A stretch of 55,686 nt of DNA from Chitinophaga pinensis. GTDB lineage: Bacteria; Bacteroidota; Bacteroidia; NS11-12g; UBA9320. The notes under the pieces were generated by a model. It was not told where the DNA came from and ran no database searches. It saw only the letters and a list, made by a program, of their open reading frames with translations. This document shows positions 10,109 to 20,643 of this stretch, in pieces. How positions within the stretch are numbered: the stretch's first letter is position 1; every line of letters starts with the position of its first letter. Both the position numbers and the translations under genes were made by a program. The DNA is taken from positions 1-55,686 of the forward strand of contig CAMDXE010000001.1 of the NCBI GenBank assembly GCA_945878925.1. The letters run 5' to 3'.

Positions 10109-10991
10109 AGTGTGGTAAATTAATTTTTACGTGGTTGTCCTTAATGGCTTGGTTTACCATTTGTTCTTCAATTTTTTTCATCAAAACTACCTTTCTTTTA
10201 TTTAATAAAATTTGGGTAATATTTTCTTCTACAAATTCAAACGGCGAAACGGTTTCTTTTAGTTTAAAATCAAGTATGCGTATATACCATACGAATGCAC
10301 TTTCTTCGATCTTAAAAATTCGGGTATTGTTAATAAAGCTTTCCTGATTATAGGTGGTAATGGGCACGGCTTTTAATACATCGTCAAATGCCACCCATTT
10401 GTCGCGTTCTAAAAAAGCAGATCCTCCATTTTTAAGAGCGATTATTGCCATCTTTGTATGGGCTTCGTTTGAGGCATTTGCAAATTTGCTCCAAAATTTA
10501 TGTTTGTTTTCTAGGCCCTTCGGCATTTTTATAAAAACGAATTGAACGATGTTTTGTTTCAATTCAAAATTTTCAGGATGGCTCGCGTAATACGTCTTCG
10601 TTTCGCCTAAAGTAAGATTGGTATCTAATTTTTCGGCAACTAATTTTTTGCAGTATTCAAAGGCTATCAAATCTTGTCGATAATTCTCAACTTTTTTTGC
10701 AATTTCATCGCTTGTAGCCAAGTCGTTTTCTTTGGCTTTGTTTAATATAACTTGTTTTTGCACCCAATGATCAATGTATTCTTTAATAAATAAAAAACTA
10801 TCTTGTTTAGTCATGTTGGGCCCTAGGATAGACTCAACTTCCGACAACTCGAGGGTTTCATTAAATGCCGTGGCAATAATTTGGTCGTCCGACGAGGGAG
10901 ATTTCGGTTGGCAAGACGTTATAGAAAAGAAGGAGCCAATGCCTATGAGCAGGCAAAATATCATTTCGATTCTATAATTTTTATGAAGCAA
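10101..10991 (-). CDS. Periplasmic lipoprotein, chaperone-like (no clear parvulin signature)
   Basis: Has a lipobox-like FFSITSCQ. It overlaps the downstream PPIase gene by 8 nt and sits between two PPIase genes. Function is not recognisable from motifs. Confidence 0.45.
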   Translation of the reverse strand: MLHKNYRIEMIFCLLIGIGSFFSITSCQPKSPSSDDQIIATAFNETLELSEVESILGPNMTKQDSFLFIKEYIDHWVQKQVILNKAKENDLATSDEIAKKVENYRQDLIAFEYCKKLVAEKLDTNLTLGETKTYYASHPENFELKQNIVQFVFIKMPKGLENKHKFWSKFANASNEAHTKMAIIALKNGGSAFLERDKWVAFDDVLKAVPITTYNQESFINNTRIFKIEESAFVWYIRILDFKLKETVSPFEFVEENITQILLNKRKVVLMKKIEEQMVNQAIKDNHVKINLPHYD

Positions 10992-10996
10992 TGAAA

Positions 10997-12940
10997 TTAT
11001 TTAAACAGGTTATCCTTGCCCGAACTATTGATGTTTACCGGATACTTTGTTTTTAATAAAGCAATCCAGTTTGCCTCCAAATCGGCTTGAAAATCGGAGG
11101 TGGCCACACCCATTATTTCTTTTAAATCTTTAGGAGTGGTTTCTAAAACGGCATTTATTTTAACAAAGCTAACTTTTGCGCTGCTGCTTGGTAAATCGTG
11201 AATGCCTGTTTTCCATTCAATTTTATCAATCGTTTCATTTTGTCCTTTTTCATATTTTCCTCTCGAAATGTTTACGGCCAAGGGATCTTTCACATTTATG
11301 TTCTTATAAATCAGGGTGTCGGGTGTGTTTTTCTTCAGCAGTTTTTTAACCATCTTGGCTACTTTTGCATTCGAGCAATCGAATTGGGCTGCGTCTACGC
11401 GTTTGGCCCACATATAGTTACTTTTGTGAAGGGTATAAAATAATTGTAGGCCAATAGTATCTTCAACCGACTTAGTCCAAACCATTTTATCGGTCAATTC
11501 AAATAGTAATATACCGTCGCGGTATTCTTGCATTAAATTTTTAAAATCAGGATATTTTTCCTCCAAATGATCTTCTTCATATGAAAAATTCATTTTTTCG
11601 ACATAGTCTTTATAAAACTCAGAAACCACAAAGGCTACATTATCCGATTTTTTGGGCACCTGAAAATTCATGATAAAGCTGCTAAAATCGTCGTGTGTAT
11701 ATTTCTGTCCAGCAATGGTAAATAATACATTGGTTGTTTTCGATTTTGCCGATGGCACCCAACTGCCCCTTAGCAATGAAGTATCGACGGTGGCGCTAAA
11801 TTTTAAATATTCTTTATCGTCAGCGGTGTATTTGTTTTCCTTTTTTAATCGATCGAGTACTACTTTACTGCTAATTTGAGATCTATCGTCGCGGCTTACC
11901 TTGTATTTAAGATTTTCTTTTTGTTCGCTGAGGGGGGCAATTCCTTTTTGATCGATTTTTTTGATAATATGCCAACCAAAATCGGTCTTAACAGGAGATG
12001 TATAATCGCCGTTATTTTTTAAGGCAAAGGCCGATTCTTTGAAGTTTACAGGCAATTGGCCTGAACTTTTGAACCAAGTCATTTCGCCTTTATTTGCTTT
12101 GGTGCTGTAATCTTCGCTAAATTGACTAACCATCTCTTCAAAATTTTCGCCGCCCTGCAGTTTAGCATAAATGGCGTCGATTTTTACTTTGGCAGCATCT
12201 ACTTCTTTATCGTTATTAAATCGCACCATAATATGGGCTACTTTAATTTCGCCTGGGCTTAAGCGCCTTTCATTCACCCTTAAAATATGATAGCCAAACT
12301 GAGTTCTGAAGGCTGCCGAAACCTGACCTTTTTGAGTGTTAAATGCCATGTTTTCGAATGGATAAATCATTTGAAATGCTGAAAAATATCCCAATGACCC
12401 AAAATTTGATTTGGCCGAAGGGTCTTCCGACAATTGGCGTGCGGCCGAATCGAATGAAAGTTTATTTTCTAAAATTTGTTTTCGGATGTCGCTAATTTTT
12501 TTAAATGCAATGAGCGTATCTTTTGGCAAGTCATCTTTTGAGCAACCAATTAAAATATGACTAACATTTACCTCTTCCAACAGGCGCTCATAGGCCTCTT
12601 GTATTAATTTATCGGTTACTTGATTGTCGGCCAAATACGGTTGGGCCAATTGCTTGCGATAGCCTGCTAATTCTTTAACAAATGCATCGTTTGTGTCCAT
12701 TTGAAGGCTATAGGCTTCTTTAACCTTTAGCTTAAACTTGACATACAAATCCAAATATTCTTGAATTTCTTTTTCGCTTGGCTTTTTGGTTTTCACATCA
12801 TTATTTTTACTATAAACGCGTTCGAATTCGGATTTAAATACGGTGTCGTTTCCAAAAGTAAAAATAATGGACTCATTGGTTTGCGCAAAGGCTTTGAAAG
12901 TTAAAAGGGCAAATACTGTAACTATACACAGTTGTTTCAT
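10997..12940 (-). CDS. Large periplasmic PPIase (PpiD/SurA-like, two parvulin domains)
   Basis: Has a signal peptide MKQLCIVTVFALLTFKAFAQ and two parvulin signatures, FGYHILRV and FGWHIIKK. Confidence 0.8.
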   Translation of the reverse strand: MKQLCIVTVFALLTFKAFAQTNESIIFTFGNDTVFKSEFERVYSKNNDVKTKKPSEKEIQEYLDLYVKFKLKVKEAYSLQMDTNDAFVKELAGYRKQLAQPYLADNQVTDKLIQEAYERLLEEVNVSHILIGCSKDDLPKDTLIAFKKISDIRKQILENKLSFDSAARQLSEDPSAKSNFGSLGYFSAFQMIYPFENMAFNTQKGQVSAAFRTQFGYHILRVNERRLSPGEIKVAHIMVRFNNDKEVDAAKVKIDAIYAKLQGGENFEEMVSQFSEDYSTKANKGEMTWFKSSGQLPVNFKESAFALKNNGDYTSPVKTDFGWHIIKKIDQKGIAPLSEQKENLKYKVSRDDRSQISSKVVLDRLKKENKYTADDKEYLKFSATVDTSLLRGSWVPSAKSKTTNVLFTIAGQKYTHDDFSSFIMNFQVPKKSDNVAFVVSEFYKDYVEKMNFSYEEDHLEEKYPDFKNLMQEYRDGILLFELTDKMVWTKSVEDTIGLQLFYTLHKSNYMWAKRVDAAQFDCSNAKVAKMVKKLLKKNTPDTLIYKNINVKDPLAVNISRGKYEKGQNETIDKIEWKTGIHDLPSSSAKVSFVKINAVLETTPKDLKEIMGVATSDFQADLEANWIALLKTKYPVNINSSGKDNLFK

Positions 12941-13200
12941 AGTAATGGTTTTTTTGAGGTGCGAATTTACTAGATAAAAAGGATTTTTAATGTATTCTAA
13001 TTTAGGGGGCCTTTAGGGACTTTAGCGAAGATGTGAGTAAGACAAATGAATAATTTTGGCTTGTCAAATTGAATTTATAGACACTCAAAATCCTGTAATT
13101 CCATCCCTTTTTGATGGAGCATAACAAAATAAAAAGCAATAATTAATAGTTTTATATTTAAAAAAATTGTTAATTGCCTCGCCTTTTAAAAAAACAAAAA

Positions 13201-14106
13201 ATGAATATCCGTAAGATACTACTACTCGGTGCAATTTTATTTAGCATAAGCAGCACCCAGGCCCAGCGTTGGATGCGTGAAAGTTCGCTTGATTTTGGCA
13301 TATTTGCCGGAGGCAGCAACTATACAGGGGAGCTGTCGAACTTTAAATTTTTTGAAGCAAAAAGCACGCATTTTGCAGCGGGTTTATTAACGCGTTATAA
13401 TATTGGAAACCGACTAACCTTCAAAATTGCAGCCACCCGCGGAAGCATTAGTGGCAACGATGAGTGGTACTCTGATATTAGCAAAAACACACTCAGAAAC
13501 CTACATTTTAGAAGTGTTTTATGGGATTTTTCGGCAGGTATAGATATTAACCTCCGATTGTTGGATAGGGGCAAGCAACGCGGAATGGTTCCATATTTTA
13601 CCACGGGCTTTTCTGTATTTAAATTTAATCCTGAGGCGCAATTTTTTTATAACATTAACAGCCCACACAATACCGGAGTCAATGGTTATCAAACCTTATC
13701 GGGGCGCGATGAAGAATGGGTAACATTACAACCCTTGAGCACCGAAGGGCAGCAAACGGCCGAATACAACGAATTGAAACGATACAGCCTTACGCAAATG
13801 GCCATCCCAATTGGGCTAGGGCTAAAATGTTATATGAACAAACATTGGACAGTAGCATTGGAATATGCGGTTCGCAAAACTTTTACCGATCATTTGGATG
13901 ATGTAAGTGGAAAATATGCCGAACCTTTTTATATCGAAAGCCAATACGGGCCTATTGCCTCGGCTATGGCCGACCCCTCAACATCCCTTCACGAAACAGG
14001 AACCTTAAGGGGCGATCCTGAAAATAAGGATTGGTATGGTATTTTTGGGATAAGCCTTACCTATCGCCTATCTACGGCCAAGGTTAGATGCTTTCAGTTT
14101 AAGTAA
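13201..14106 (+). CDS. DUF6089-type outer-membrane beta-barrel protein
   Basis: Has a signal peptide MNIRKILLLGAILFSISSTQAQ and NYTGEL, LRNLHFRS, TFTDHLDDVSGKY motifs. It is a paralog of the next gene. The ATG at 13201 is preferred over the TTG at 13174. Confidence 0.65.
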   Translation: MNIRKILLLGAILFSISSTQAQRWMRESSLDFGIFAGGSNYTGELSNFKFFEAKSTHFAAGLLTRYNIGNRLTFKIAATRGSISGNDEWYSDISKNTLRNLHFRSVLWDFSAGIDINLRLLDRGKQRGMVPYFTTGFSVFKFNPEAQFFYNINSPHNTGVNGYQTLSGRDEEWVTLQPLSTEGQQTAEYNELKRYSLTQMAIPIGLGLKCYMNKHWTVALEYAVRKTFTDHLDDVSGKYAEPFYIESQYGPIASAMADPSTSLHETGTLRGDPENKDWYGIFGISLTYRLSTAKVRCFQFK

Positions 14107-14137
14107 AATACCCCTTTTCAAAGCGTAGTTTTTTTAA

Positions 14138-14145
14138 TACTTTTG
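14138..14145 (+). promoter_or_regulatory. Candidate -7 box TACTTTTG
   Basis: Matches TAnnTTTG and lies 54 nt upstream of the ATG at 14200. Confidence 0.35.
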
Positions 14146-14199
14146 CATCTTTGCGCTGTTGTGTAACATTGCGTTACATTCATCGTTATTAAATACAAT

Positions 14200-15039
14200 A
14201 TGCCTAAACGCTTTGTACAATTCGTCATTAGCTTCGCTGTATTTTTTACTGCCCATCATTCGTATGCCCAAAAATGGGAAATAGGCGGACTACTGGGGGC
14301 ATCAAATTATCATGGCGATTTGGCACGAAATTTTGTAATGAAGGAAACGCATGCGGCAGGTGGATTATTTTTGAGGTATAATTTAGGGAAATATTGGGCT
14401 TTTAGGCCTACAGCACTTATAGGAACCATAAGTGGAGATGATAAAAATTTTGCCGAAAACAAATACCGCAACCTTAGCTTTCGGTCGCGGATTACCGAAC
14501 TTTCGGCTACTATGGAATACAATTACAGGCCATTCGGGGCTCAGGTGCGCACCGAAAACTTTACACCTTATTTGGCGCTTGGAGTGGCCTTATGCCATTT
14601 TAATCCAAAAGCGAAATACAATGGCGATTGGTTTAACCTTAACAATTTGCATACCGAGGGGCAAAGCAGTGCGGCGCGCTATAAGTTGACTCAACTTTCA
14701 ATTCCTTTTGGGATGGGCTTAAAATGGACGATAACCAATAATTTAACCGCAGGTTTCGAATTTATGTATCGCAAAACCTTTACCGATTATTTAGATGATG
14801 TGAGCAAAACGTATCCCGACCTCGTTGAAAATACAAAAAAATACGGGTCCTTAAGCAGCGCATTGTCCGACAGATCGGCTGAGGTTGAAGGCATTGCTAG
14901 GCCTTTGAGTACCGCTGGCGATATGAGAGGCAATCCTGGATTAAAAGATTGGTATGTATTTTCATTAATTTCGTTCACCTATCGCTTTACGCCAATAATT
15001 TGCTGGCCAAATAAACCTTCTACTGTATGGGATTATTAG
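14200..15039 (+). CDS. DUF6089-type outer-membrane beta-barrel protein (paralog)
   Basis: Shares motifs with the 13201 gene: NYHGDL, YRNLSFRS, TFTDYLDDVSKTY, and a C-terminal beta strand F(T)YRF. Confidence 0.65.
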   Translation: MPKRFVQFVISFAVFFTAHHSYAQKWEIGGLLGASNYHGDLARNFVMKETHAAGGLFLRYNLGKYWAFRPTALIGTISGDDKNFAENKYRNLSFRSRITELSATMEYNYRPFGAQVRTENFTPYLALGVALCHFNPKAKYNGDWFNLNNLHTEGQSSAARYKLTQLSIPFGMGLKWTITNNLTAGFEFMYRKTFTDYLDDVSKTYPDLVENTKKYGSLSSALSDRSAEVEGIARPLSTAGDMRGNPGLKDWYVFSLISFTYRFTPIICWPNKPSTVWDY

Positions 15040-15770
15040 AAACAATCGACAAAAGCGCCTTGCCTCAACACATAGCCATAATAATGGATGGCAATGGACG
15101 CTGGGCTAAAAAGAAAGGACTTTTGCGTGTATTTGGTCACGAAAACGGAGTAAAATCGGTAAGAGAAGCCTGTGAGAGTTGTGCCGAATTGGGGATTCCC
15201 TTTTTAACACTTTACGCATTTAGTACCGAAAACTGGAATAGGCCGAAGCTCGAAGTCCATGCTTTAATGACCTTGCTGGTAAAAACCATAAAATCAGAAA
15301 CGCCAACCCTTATTAAAAACAATATTCGCTTACAGGCCATTGGCGATCTCACGCAATTGTCGGCCGATTGCTATAATGTGCTTAAAGAGGCTATGGACAA
15401 AACCAGCCACTGTAAAGGCACTAGCCTTATTTTAGCCTTAAGTTATAGCTCAAAATGGGACATTGTAAACTCAGTAAAGAAAATTGCAAAGCGTGTTAAA
15501 TCGGGTGAAATTCAGCCCGACGACATAAATGAAGACATGATAAGCAAAGCGCTTACCACCGAAGCCTTTCCTCATCCCGAATTATTAATAAGAACGAGTG
15601 GAGAATATAGATTGAGCAATTTTTTACTTTGGGAGCTTGCATATAGCGAATTTTACTTTACCCAAGTCTTATGGCCCGATTTTAGAAGAAAACATTTATA
15701 CGAAGCCCTCATAGACTATCAAAATAGAGAACGACGATTTGGAAAAACTAGTGAACAACTTACCGCATAA
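15027..15770 (+). CDS. uppS: Undecaprenyl-diphosphate synthase (isoprenyl transferase)
   Basis: Has HIAIIMDGNGRWA, TLYAFSTENWNRP and RTSGEYRLSNFLLWELAYSEFYF. Confidence 0.92.
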   Translation: MGLLETIDKSALPQHIAIIMDGNGRWAKKKGLLRVFGHENGVKSVREACESCAELGIPFLTLYAFSTENWNRPKLEVHALMTLLVKTIKSETPTLIKNNIRLQAIGDLTQLSADCYNVLKEAMDKTSHCKGTSLILALSYSSKWDIVNSVKKIAKRVKSGEIQPDDINEDMISKALTTEAFPHPELLIRTSGEYRLSNFLLWELAYSEFYFTQVLWPDFRRKHLYEALIDYQNRERRFGKTSEQLTA

Positions 15771-15777
15771 AAACACA

Positions 15778-18312
15778 ATGATTCAAAATTTGAAACGCTT
15801 CGGACATGTTGTATCTGTCCTTATACTTATCGTAAATGGGCTATCGGCTCAGGTGAGCGATTCGTCCATCATTCCATTAAATTACCTTACGCCAAATAAA
15901 TATACCATTGAGAGTATTACTGTAACCGGCACACAGTTTATGGACAAAAATGTACTAACGATGATAACGGGTCTTACACGAGATCAAGTTATTAGTGTGC
16001 CTGGCGAAGAGCTAAGAAAAGCAGTAGAAGTATTATGGAAACAAGAGTTGTTTTCGGATGTAAAAATATATTGTACAGGCTTGAAGGAGAATCGTATTTT
16101 TTTAAATATTGACTTAGTTGAGCGACCCCGATTGTCGAAATACAGCATCAAAGGGCTCCGCAAAAATGAAACTAAAAATGTTAAAGAGGAGTTAAATTTA
16201 GAGGCAGGCCAAATTCTTACCGAAAACCTTACCAATAAAACCCGCAATAAAATCAAATCCTATTATCACAAAAAAGGATTTTATAATGCGGTGGTAACGA
16301 TTGCCAATGAGCCCGATTTAGACTCAAAAAAAGCCGGACAGCAAATAATGCGAATACAGGTTGACAAAGGGCAAAGGGTAAAAATTTACGATATTCAAAT
16401 TGTAGGAAACGACCACGTTATTGATCGTAAATTATTGGCAGCCATTAAAAAACCAAAGCGCAAAAAAAATAAAATTAATATTTTCGCTTCATCCAAATTT
16501 ATTGAGGAAACCTATGAGGAAGAAAAGCCTAAATTATTAGAGAAATATGCCAGCTTAGGCTATCGCGATGCCCATATCGAAAAAGATTCAATTTATAACA
16601 TTAGCCCAATTCTGCTTAATATCGTTATTAAGGTAAAAGAAGGAAAACAATATTATTTTAGAGATATCGCCTTTATTGGCAATACCAAATATACAAATGC
16701 CGAACTGGCAAAAGTTCTGGGGGTTAAAAAAGGTGAAATTTTTAACCAATCGAAATTAGAAAGTCGCTTATTTATGAATCCTTCGGGCTACGATATTTCG
16801 AGCTTGTATATGGATGACGGCTACCTGTTTTTTAGCATTAATCCGGTAGAAACCAATGTTGAAAAAGATTCAATCGATCTCGAAATTAGAATTTACGAAG
16901 GCAAGCAAGCCACCATCAACAAAGTAATTGTTACCGGAAATGACAAAACGAGCGATCACGTTATATTGCGACAATTGCGAACCGTACCCGGCGATAAGTT
17001 TAGCCGAGCAAATATTCAACGATCTATACGCGAATTGGCGCAGTTAAATTATTTTGACCCCGAAAAACTAGGCGTAAACCCAATTCCAAATCCACAAAGT
17101 GGTACGGTAGATATTGAATATAAAGTGGTTGAAAAACCATCCGATCAAATTGAAGCCTCAGGAGGTTGGGGAGGTATGGGCGGATTTATAGGTACCGTAG
17201 GATTGAGCCTCAATAATTTTTCGAGCAAACGCATGTTCAAAAAAGGAGCTTGGGATCCTATTCCTGCTGGCGACGGACAAAGAGTGTCGCTGCGGGTTCA
17301 AAGCAATGGTTTGGGATATAGAACCTATAATTTTTCGTTTAGCGAGCCTTGGCTTGGCGGCAAAAAACCAAATTCATTTACGTTTAGCATTTACCATTCG
17401 GTTCAAACCAATTTGTATGTGGGAGGGTTTAATAAAAAGGACGATAGGTATCAATATTTAAAAACAACAGGCCTTACCCTATCCTTAGGTAAATTTTTAA
17501 AATGGCCCGACGATTATTTTACCGTAAGCAACAGTTTAAATTACCAACATTATCAGTTTAAGGATAATGGATACTTTGGCTTTGGAGGTACTTCGGGGCT
17601 TGGTTTTACACAAGGCAATGCCAATAATGTCAATTTCCAGAATATTATTTCTCGAAATTCAACCGATCAACCCATTTTCCCAATGGAGGGATCTACGTTT
17701 ACCCTAACCACTCAATTTACACCGCCTTATTCATTGTTCAAACCCGATGCCGACTTCAAAAATATGCCAGCCATCGAAAAATACAAATGGCTTGAATACT
17801 ATAAATGGAAGGTTGAAGCCATTTGGTATCACAAGGTTGTAGGGAAATTAGTATTGGCATCGTCGTTCAAATTTGGGTTTTTAAATTATTACAATAAAGA
17901 TGTTGGGTATTCGCCATTCGAAAGATTCAAACTTGGCGGAACGGGTTTGGTAGGTTGGAATTTGTATGGCTCCGAGGTTATAGCTCAAAGAGGATACGAC
18001 CAATACACAACGGGAAGCGGTGCAGTAAATTTTAACAAATACACCTTAGAATTAAGGTATCCCATAAGCACCAATCCATCGGCCACAGTGTATGTACATA
18101 CCTTTATCGAAGGCGGAAATGCGTTTTATTCATTAAAGGATTACAATCCATTTAAACTTAATAAATCTACGGGTGTTGGCGTACGTTTTTTCCTTCCTAT
18201 GTTTGGGTTAATAGGATTGGATTGTGGCTGGAGGTTTGATAATGCTCCAAACAATGAACCGGTTTCGCAGAAGAAATTTTTATTCCAATTTTTCTTGGGA
18301 CCTCAGTTCTAG
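15778..18312 (+). CDS. bamA: Outer membrane protein assembly factor BamA
   Basis: About 845 aa, with a signal peptide, POTRA-like repeats and a C-terminal Omp85/D15 barrel. It lies immediately downstream of uppS, as is usual in Bacteroidota. The ATG at 15778 (MIQNLKRFG) is preferred over the overlapping TTG at 15739. Confidence 0.88.
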   Translation: MIQNLKRFGHVVSVLILIVNGLSAQVSDSSIIPLNYLTPNKYTIESITVTGTQFMDKNVLTMITGLTRDQVISVPGEELRKAVEVLWKQELFSDVKIYCTGLKENRIFLNIDLVERPRLSKYSIKGLRKNETKNVKEELNLEAGQILTENLTNKTRNKIKSYYHKKGFYNAVVTIANEPDLDSKKAGQQIMRIQVDKGQRVKIYDIQIVGNDHVIDRKLLAAIKKPKRKKNKINIFASSKFIEETYEEEKPKLLEKYASLGYRDAHIEKDSIYNISPILLNIVIKVKEGKQYYFRDIAFIGNTKYTNAELAKVLGVKKGEIFNQSKLESRLFMNPSGYDISSLYMDDGYLFFSINPVETNVEKDSIDLEIRIYEGKQATINKVIVTGNDKTSDHVILRQLRTVPGDKFSRANIQRSIRELAQLNYFDPEKLGVNPIPNPQSGTVDIEYKVVEKPSDQIEASGGWGGMGGFIGTVGLSLNNFSSKRMFKKGAWDPIPAGDGQRVSLRVQSNGLGYRTYNFSFSEPWLGGKKPNSFTFSIYHSVQTNLYVGGFNKKDDRYQYLKTTGLTLSLGKFLKWPDDYFTVSNSLNYQHYQFKDNGYFGFGGTSGLGFTQGNANNVNFQNIISRNSTDQPIFPMEGSTFTLTTQFTPPYSLFKPDADFKNMPAIEKYKWLEYYKWKVEAIWYHKVVGKLVLASSFKFGFLNYYNKDVGYSPFERFKLGGTGLVGWNLYGSEVIAQRGYDQYTTGSGAVNFNKYTLELRYPISTNPSATVYVHTFIEGGNAFYSLKDYNPFKLNKSTGVGVRFFLPMFGLIGLDCGWRFDNAPNNEPVSQKKFLFQFFLGPQF

Positions 18313-18353
18313 GAATAATCTTTCGATTAACGCGTCAAAGGTTTATGAATACT

Positions 18354-18370
18354 GGGAAATTTATTTTCCC
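18354..18370. terminator. Hairpin GGGAAA-tttat-TTTCCC between convergent bamA and fabH
   Basis: A 6-bp GC-containing stem with a 5-nt loop. It overlaps the fabH stop codon. Confidence 0.35.
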
Positions 18371-19362
18371 TAAGAATTATAGGCCCATTTTAAATAAATG
18401 GAGCCCCATGTAAATCCTCCGCCAAAAGTAGATAGGATGAGGGTGTCACCTTTTTTCAATTGTTTTTCGAAATCCCACAAAAGCAAGGGCAAGGTGCCAT
18501 TGGTTGTGTTTCCATAACGTTGAATGTTCATCAATACCTTTTCGCTGCCAATTTCCATTCTATCGGCGGTAGCATCAATGATGCGTTTATTGGCTTGGTG
18601 GGCAACCAAGTAGTCGATATCTTGAGCACTTAAATTGTTGCGATCCATTATCTCCTTGCTAACCTCGGCCATATTGGTAACTGCAAATTTAAATACGGTT
18701 TTTCCTTCCTGATACACGTAATGTTCACGAGCGGTTACCGTTTCTATGCTTGGTGGTTTTAGCGAACCCCCAGCTTTTTGATGCAAAAACTCACGACCAG
18801 AGCCATCCGTTCTTAGAATGCTGTCGCAAATGCCAAGTCCCTCTTCGTTAGGCTCTAACAATACAGCTCCTGTGCCATCGCCAAAAATAATGCAGGTATT
18901 TCGGTCGGTATAATCCAGTATTGCCGACATTTTATCGCCCCCTACAACCACTACTTTTTTGTATTTGCCCGACTCTATAAATTTTGAACCCGTTTCGAGC
19001 CCAAATAGAAAGCCAGAGCAGGCCGCGGCCAGATCAAAACCCCAAGCATTTTTGGCGCCAATTTTATCGCATATTATATTGGCGGTGGCTGGAAATATGA
19101 GGTCGCCTGTTATGGTGCAACATATAAGCATGTCGATTTCCATAGCACTAATTCCTCGTTTTTGCAGCAATTCGTTGACAGCCATCATAGCCATATCCGA
19201 AGTTGCTTTGCCTTCTTCGAGAATACGGCGTTCCAAAATTCCAGTTCGCGATTGAATCCACTCATCGGTAGTATCTACCATGTGTTCCAAATCTTTATTG
19301 CTTATAATTTTGTCGGGGACGTAGCCCCCAACTGCGGTAATGGCAGCCTGAATTTTAGACAT
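18370..19362 (-). CDS. fabH: Beta-ketoacyl-ACP synthase III
   Basis: Has the active-site Cys context AAACSGF, plus VAHQANKRI and YGNTTNGTLP. Confidence 0.92.
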   Translation of the reverse strand: MSKIQAAITAVGGYVPDKIISNKDLEHMVDTTDEWIQSRTGILERRILEEGKATSDMAMMAVNELLQKRGISAMEIDMLICCTITGDLIFPATANIICDKIGAKNAWGFDLAAACSGFLFGLETGSKFIESGKYKKVVVVGGDKMSAILDYTDRNTCIIFGDGTGAVLLEPNEEGLGICDSILRTDGSGREFLHQKAGGSLKPPSIETVTAREHYVYQEGKTVFKFAVTNMAEVSKEIMDRNNLSAQDIDYLVAHQANKRIIDATADRMEIGSEKVLMNIQRYGNTTNGTLPLLLWDFEKQLKKGDTLILSTFGGGFTWGSIYLKWAYNS

Positions 19363-19489
19363 TTAATTTTTAAAAATAAGTCGGCAAAGATAACCGAATA
19401 GAATAAATTAAAGTGGCTTTATAAAAATAAGACCGAAATGGCGTGTAATGCTTAAGCTTAAGGGAGTTTAATAAAACCCTTTTTGCGCT

Positions 19490-20434
19490 TTAAAGCTGTG
19501 ATTTTATACTGTCGATTAAATTCGAAACAACCACATCGTGTGTTAGTTTCAACATATTCACAAAGGTTTTGGCTTTAGAAATGCCATGACCAATAACAAC
19601 GGGCTTGTTCACCCCAAGTATAGGCGAGCCCCCATAGTTTTCAAAATTAAATTGATTTAAATAATCATCCTTTATGCCGCGTTTCATCAAATGGTAAAAC
19701 ATGCCTTCGCATGCCTTTAATACCACATTGCCGGTATAGCCATCGCAAACAATAACGTCGGCCTTATCGGTGAATAAATCTCTGCCTTCAACGTTGCCAA
19801 TAAAATTTATATAACGGTCGTCTTCTAATAAAGGATAGGTGGCCTGGGTTAAAATATTGCCTTTTTCCTTTTCTTCGCCAATGCTTAATAAACCAACTTT
19901 TGGGTTTTCGATGCCCATAATTAATTTGGCATAAATGGTGCCTATATTGGCAAACTGAACCAACACATCGGGTTTAACATCTGCATTAGCTCCAACATCC
20001 AACATTACACCGTGATTGCCCGATGGGCGAGGGAGAATGGTGGATATGGCCGGGCGAAATATCCCATCTATAGTTCTAACGGTATAAAGCGATCCCACCA
20101 TCATAGCTCCGGTGTTGCCTGCACTGGTAAATCCATCAAGCCTGCCTTCCATAAGCATTTTTAATCCAACCATAATGCTCGAATTGCGCTTAGCAGAAAC
20201 GGCCTTAGTAGGGTGTTCGCTCATGGTAATGGTATCGGGAGCGTCGATAATCTCGAAAGGATATGTTATTTTTAGGGCAAGGAGCGAATCCTCAATGGCT
20301 TTTTTTTCGCCAACCAAAATAATATCCACGTTGGCAAAGTCGGGCTGACTTGTTGCCTTAAATGCGCCTATAATGGCTTCGGCAGGAGCATAATCTCCGC
20401 CCATTGCATCTAATCCTATTCGGATACGGGACAT
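19490..20434 (-). CDS. plsX: Phosphate acyltransferase PlsX
   Basis: Has the N-terminal IGLDAMGGDYAP. It sits in the conserved yceD-rpmF-plsX-fabH order. Confidence 0.92.
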   Translation of the reverse strand: MSRIRIGLDAMGGDYAPAEAIIGAFKATSQPDFANVDIILVGEKKAIEDSLLALKITYPFEIIDAPDTITMSEHPTKAVSAKRNSSIMVGLKMLMEGRLDGFTSAGNTGAMMVGSLYTVRTIDGIFRPAISTILPRPSGNHGVMLDVGANADVKPDVLVQFANIGTIYAKLIMGIENPKVGLLSIGEEKEKGNILTQATYPLLEDDRYINFIGNVEGRDLFTDKADVIVCDGYTGNVVLKACEGMFYHLMKRGIKDDYLNQFNFENYGGSPILGVNKPVVIGHGISKAKTFVNMLKLTHDVVVSNLIDSIKSQL

Positions 20435-20457
20435 AGGTTTTTTTTTAGGTTAATAAA

Positions 20458-20640
20458 TTAAGAAGTTTTCACTTCAATAACTTGTACCCCACGGTAAATA
20501 CCGGTTTCCATATTTATGCGATGGTACAATGAGTTGTCGCCAGTTTTAGGATCGGTAAATATTTGTTTAAACTCAAGATTGTCATGAGTTCTTCGTTTGT
20601 CCCTGCGGGTTCTCGAAATTTTGCGTTTGGGATGTGCCAT
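20458..20640 (-). CDS. rpmF: 50S ribosomal protein L32
   Basis: Begins MAHPKRKISRTRRDKRRTH and is 60 aa long. Confidence 0.95.
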   Translation of the reverse strand: MAHPKRKISRTRRDKRRTHDNLEFKQIFTDPKTGDNSLYHRINMETGIYRGVQVIEVKTS

Positions 20641-20643
20641 TTT

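Noticed and set aside
13201-15039. Tandem DUF6089 paralogs upstream of uppS-bamA, considered as a possible novel envelope system.
   Set aside because: This looks like an ordinary tandem duplication of a conserved Bacteroidota barrel-protein family in a housekeeping envelope-biogenesis neighbourhood. Nothing in the sequence is unusual.
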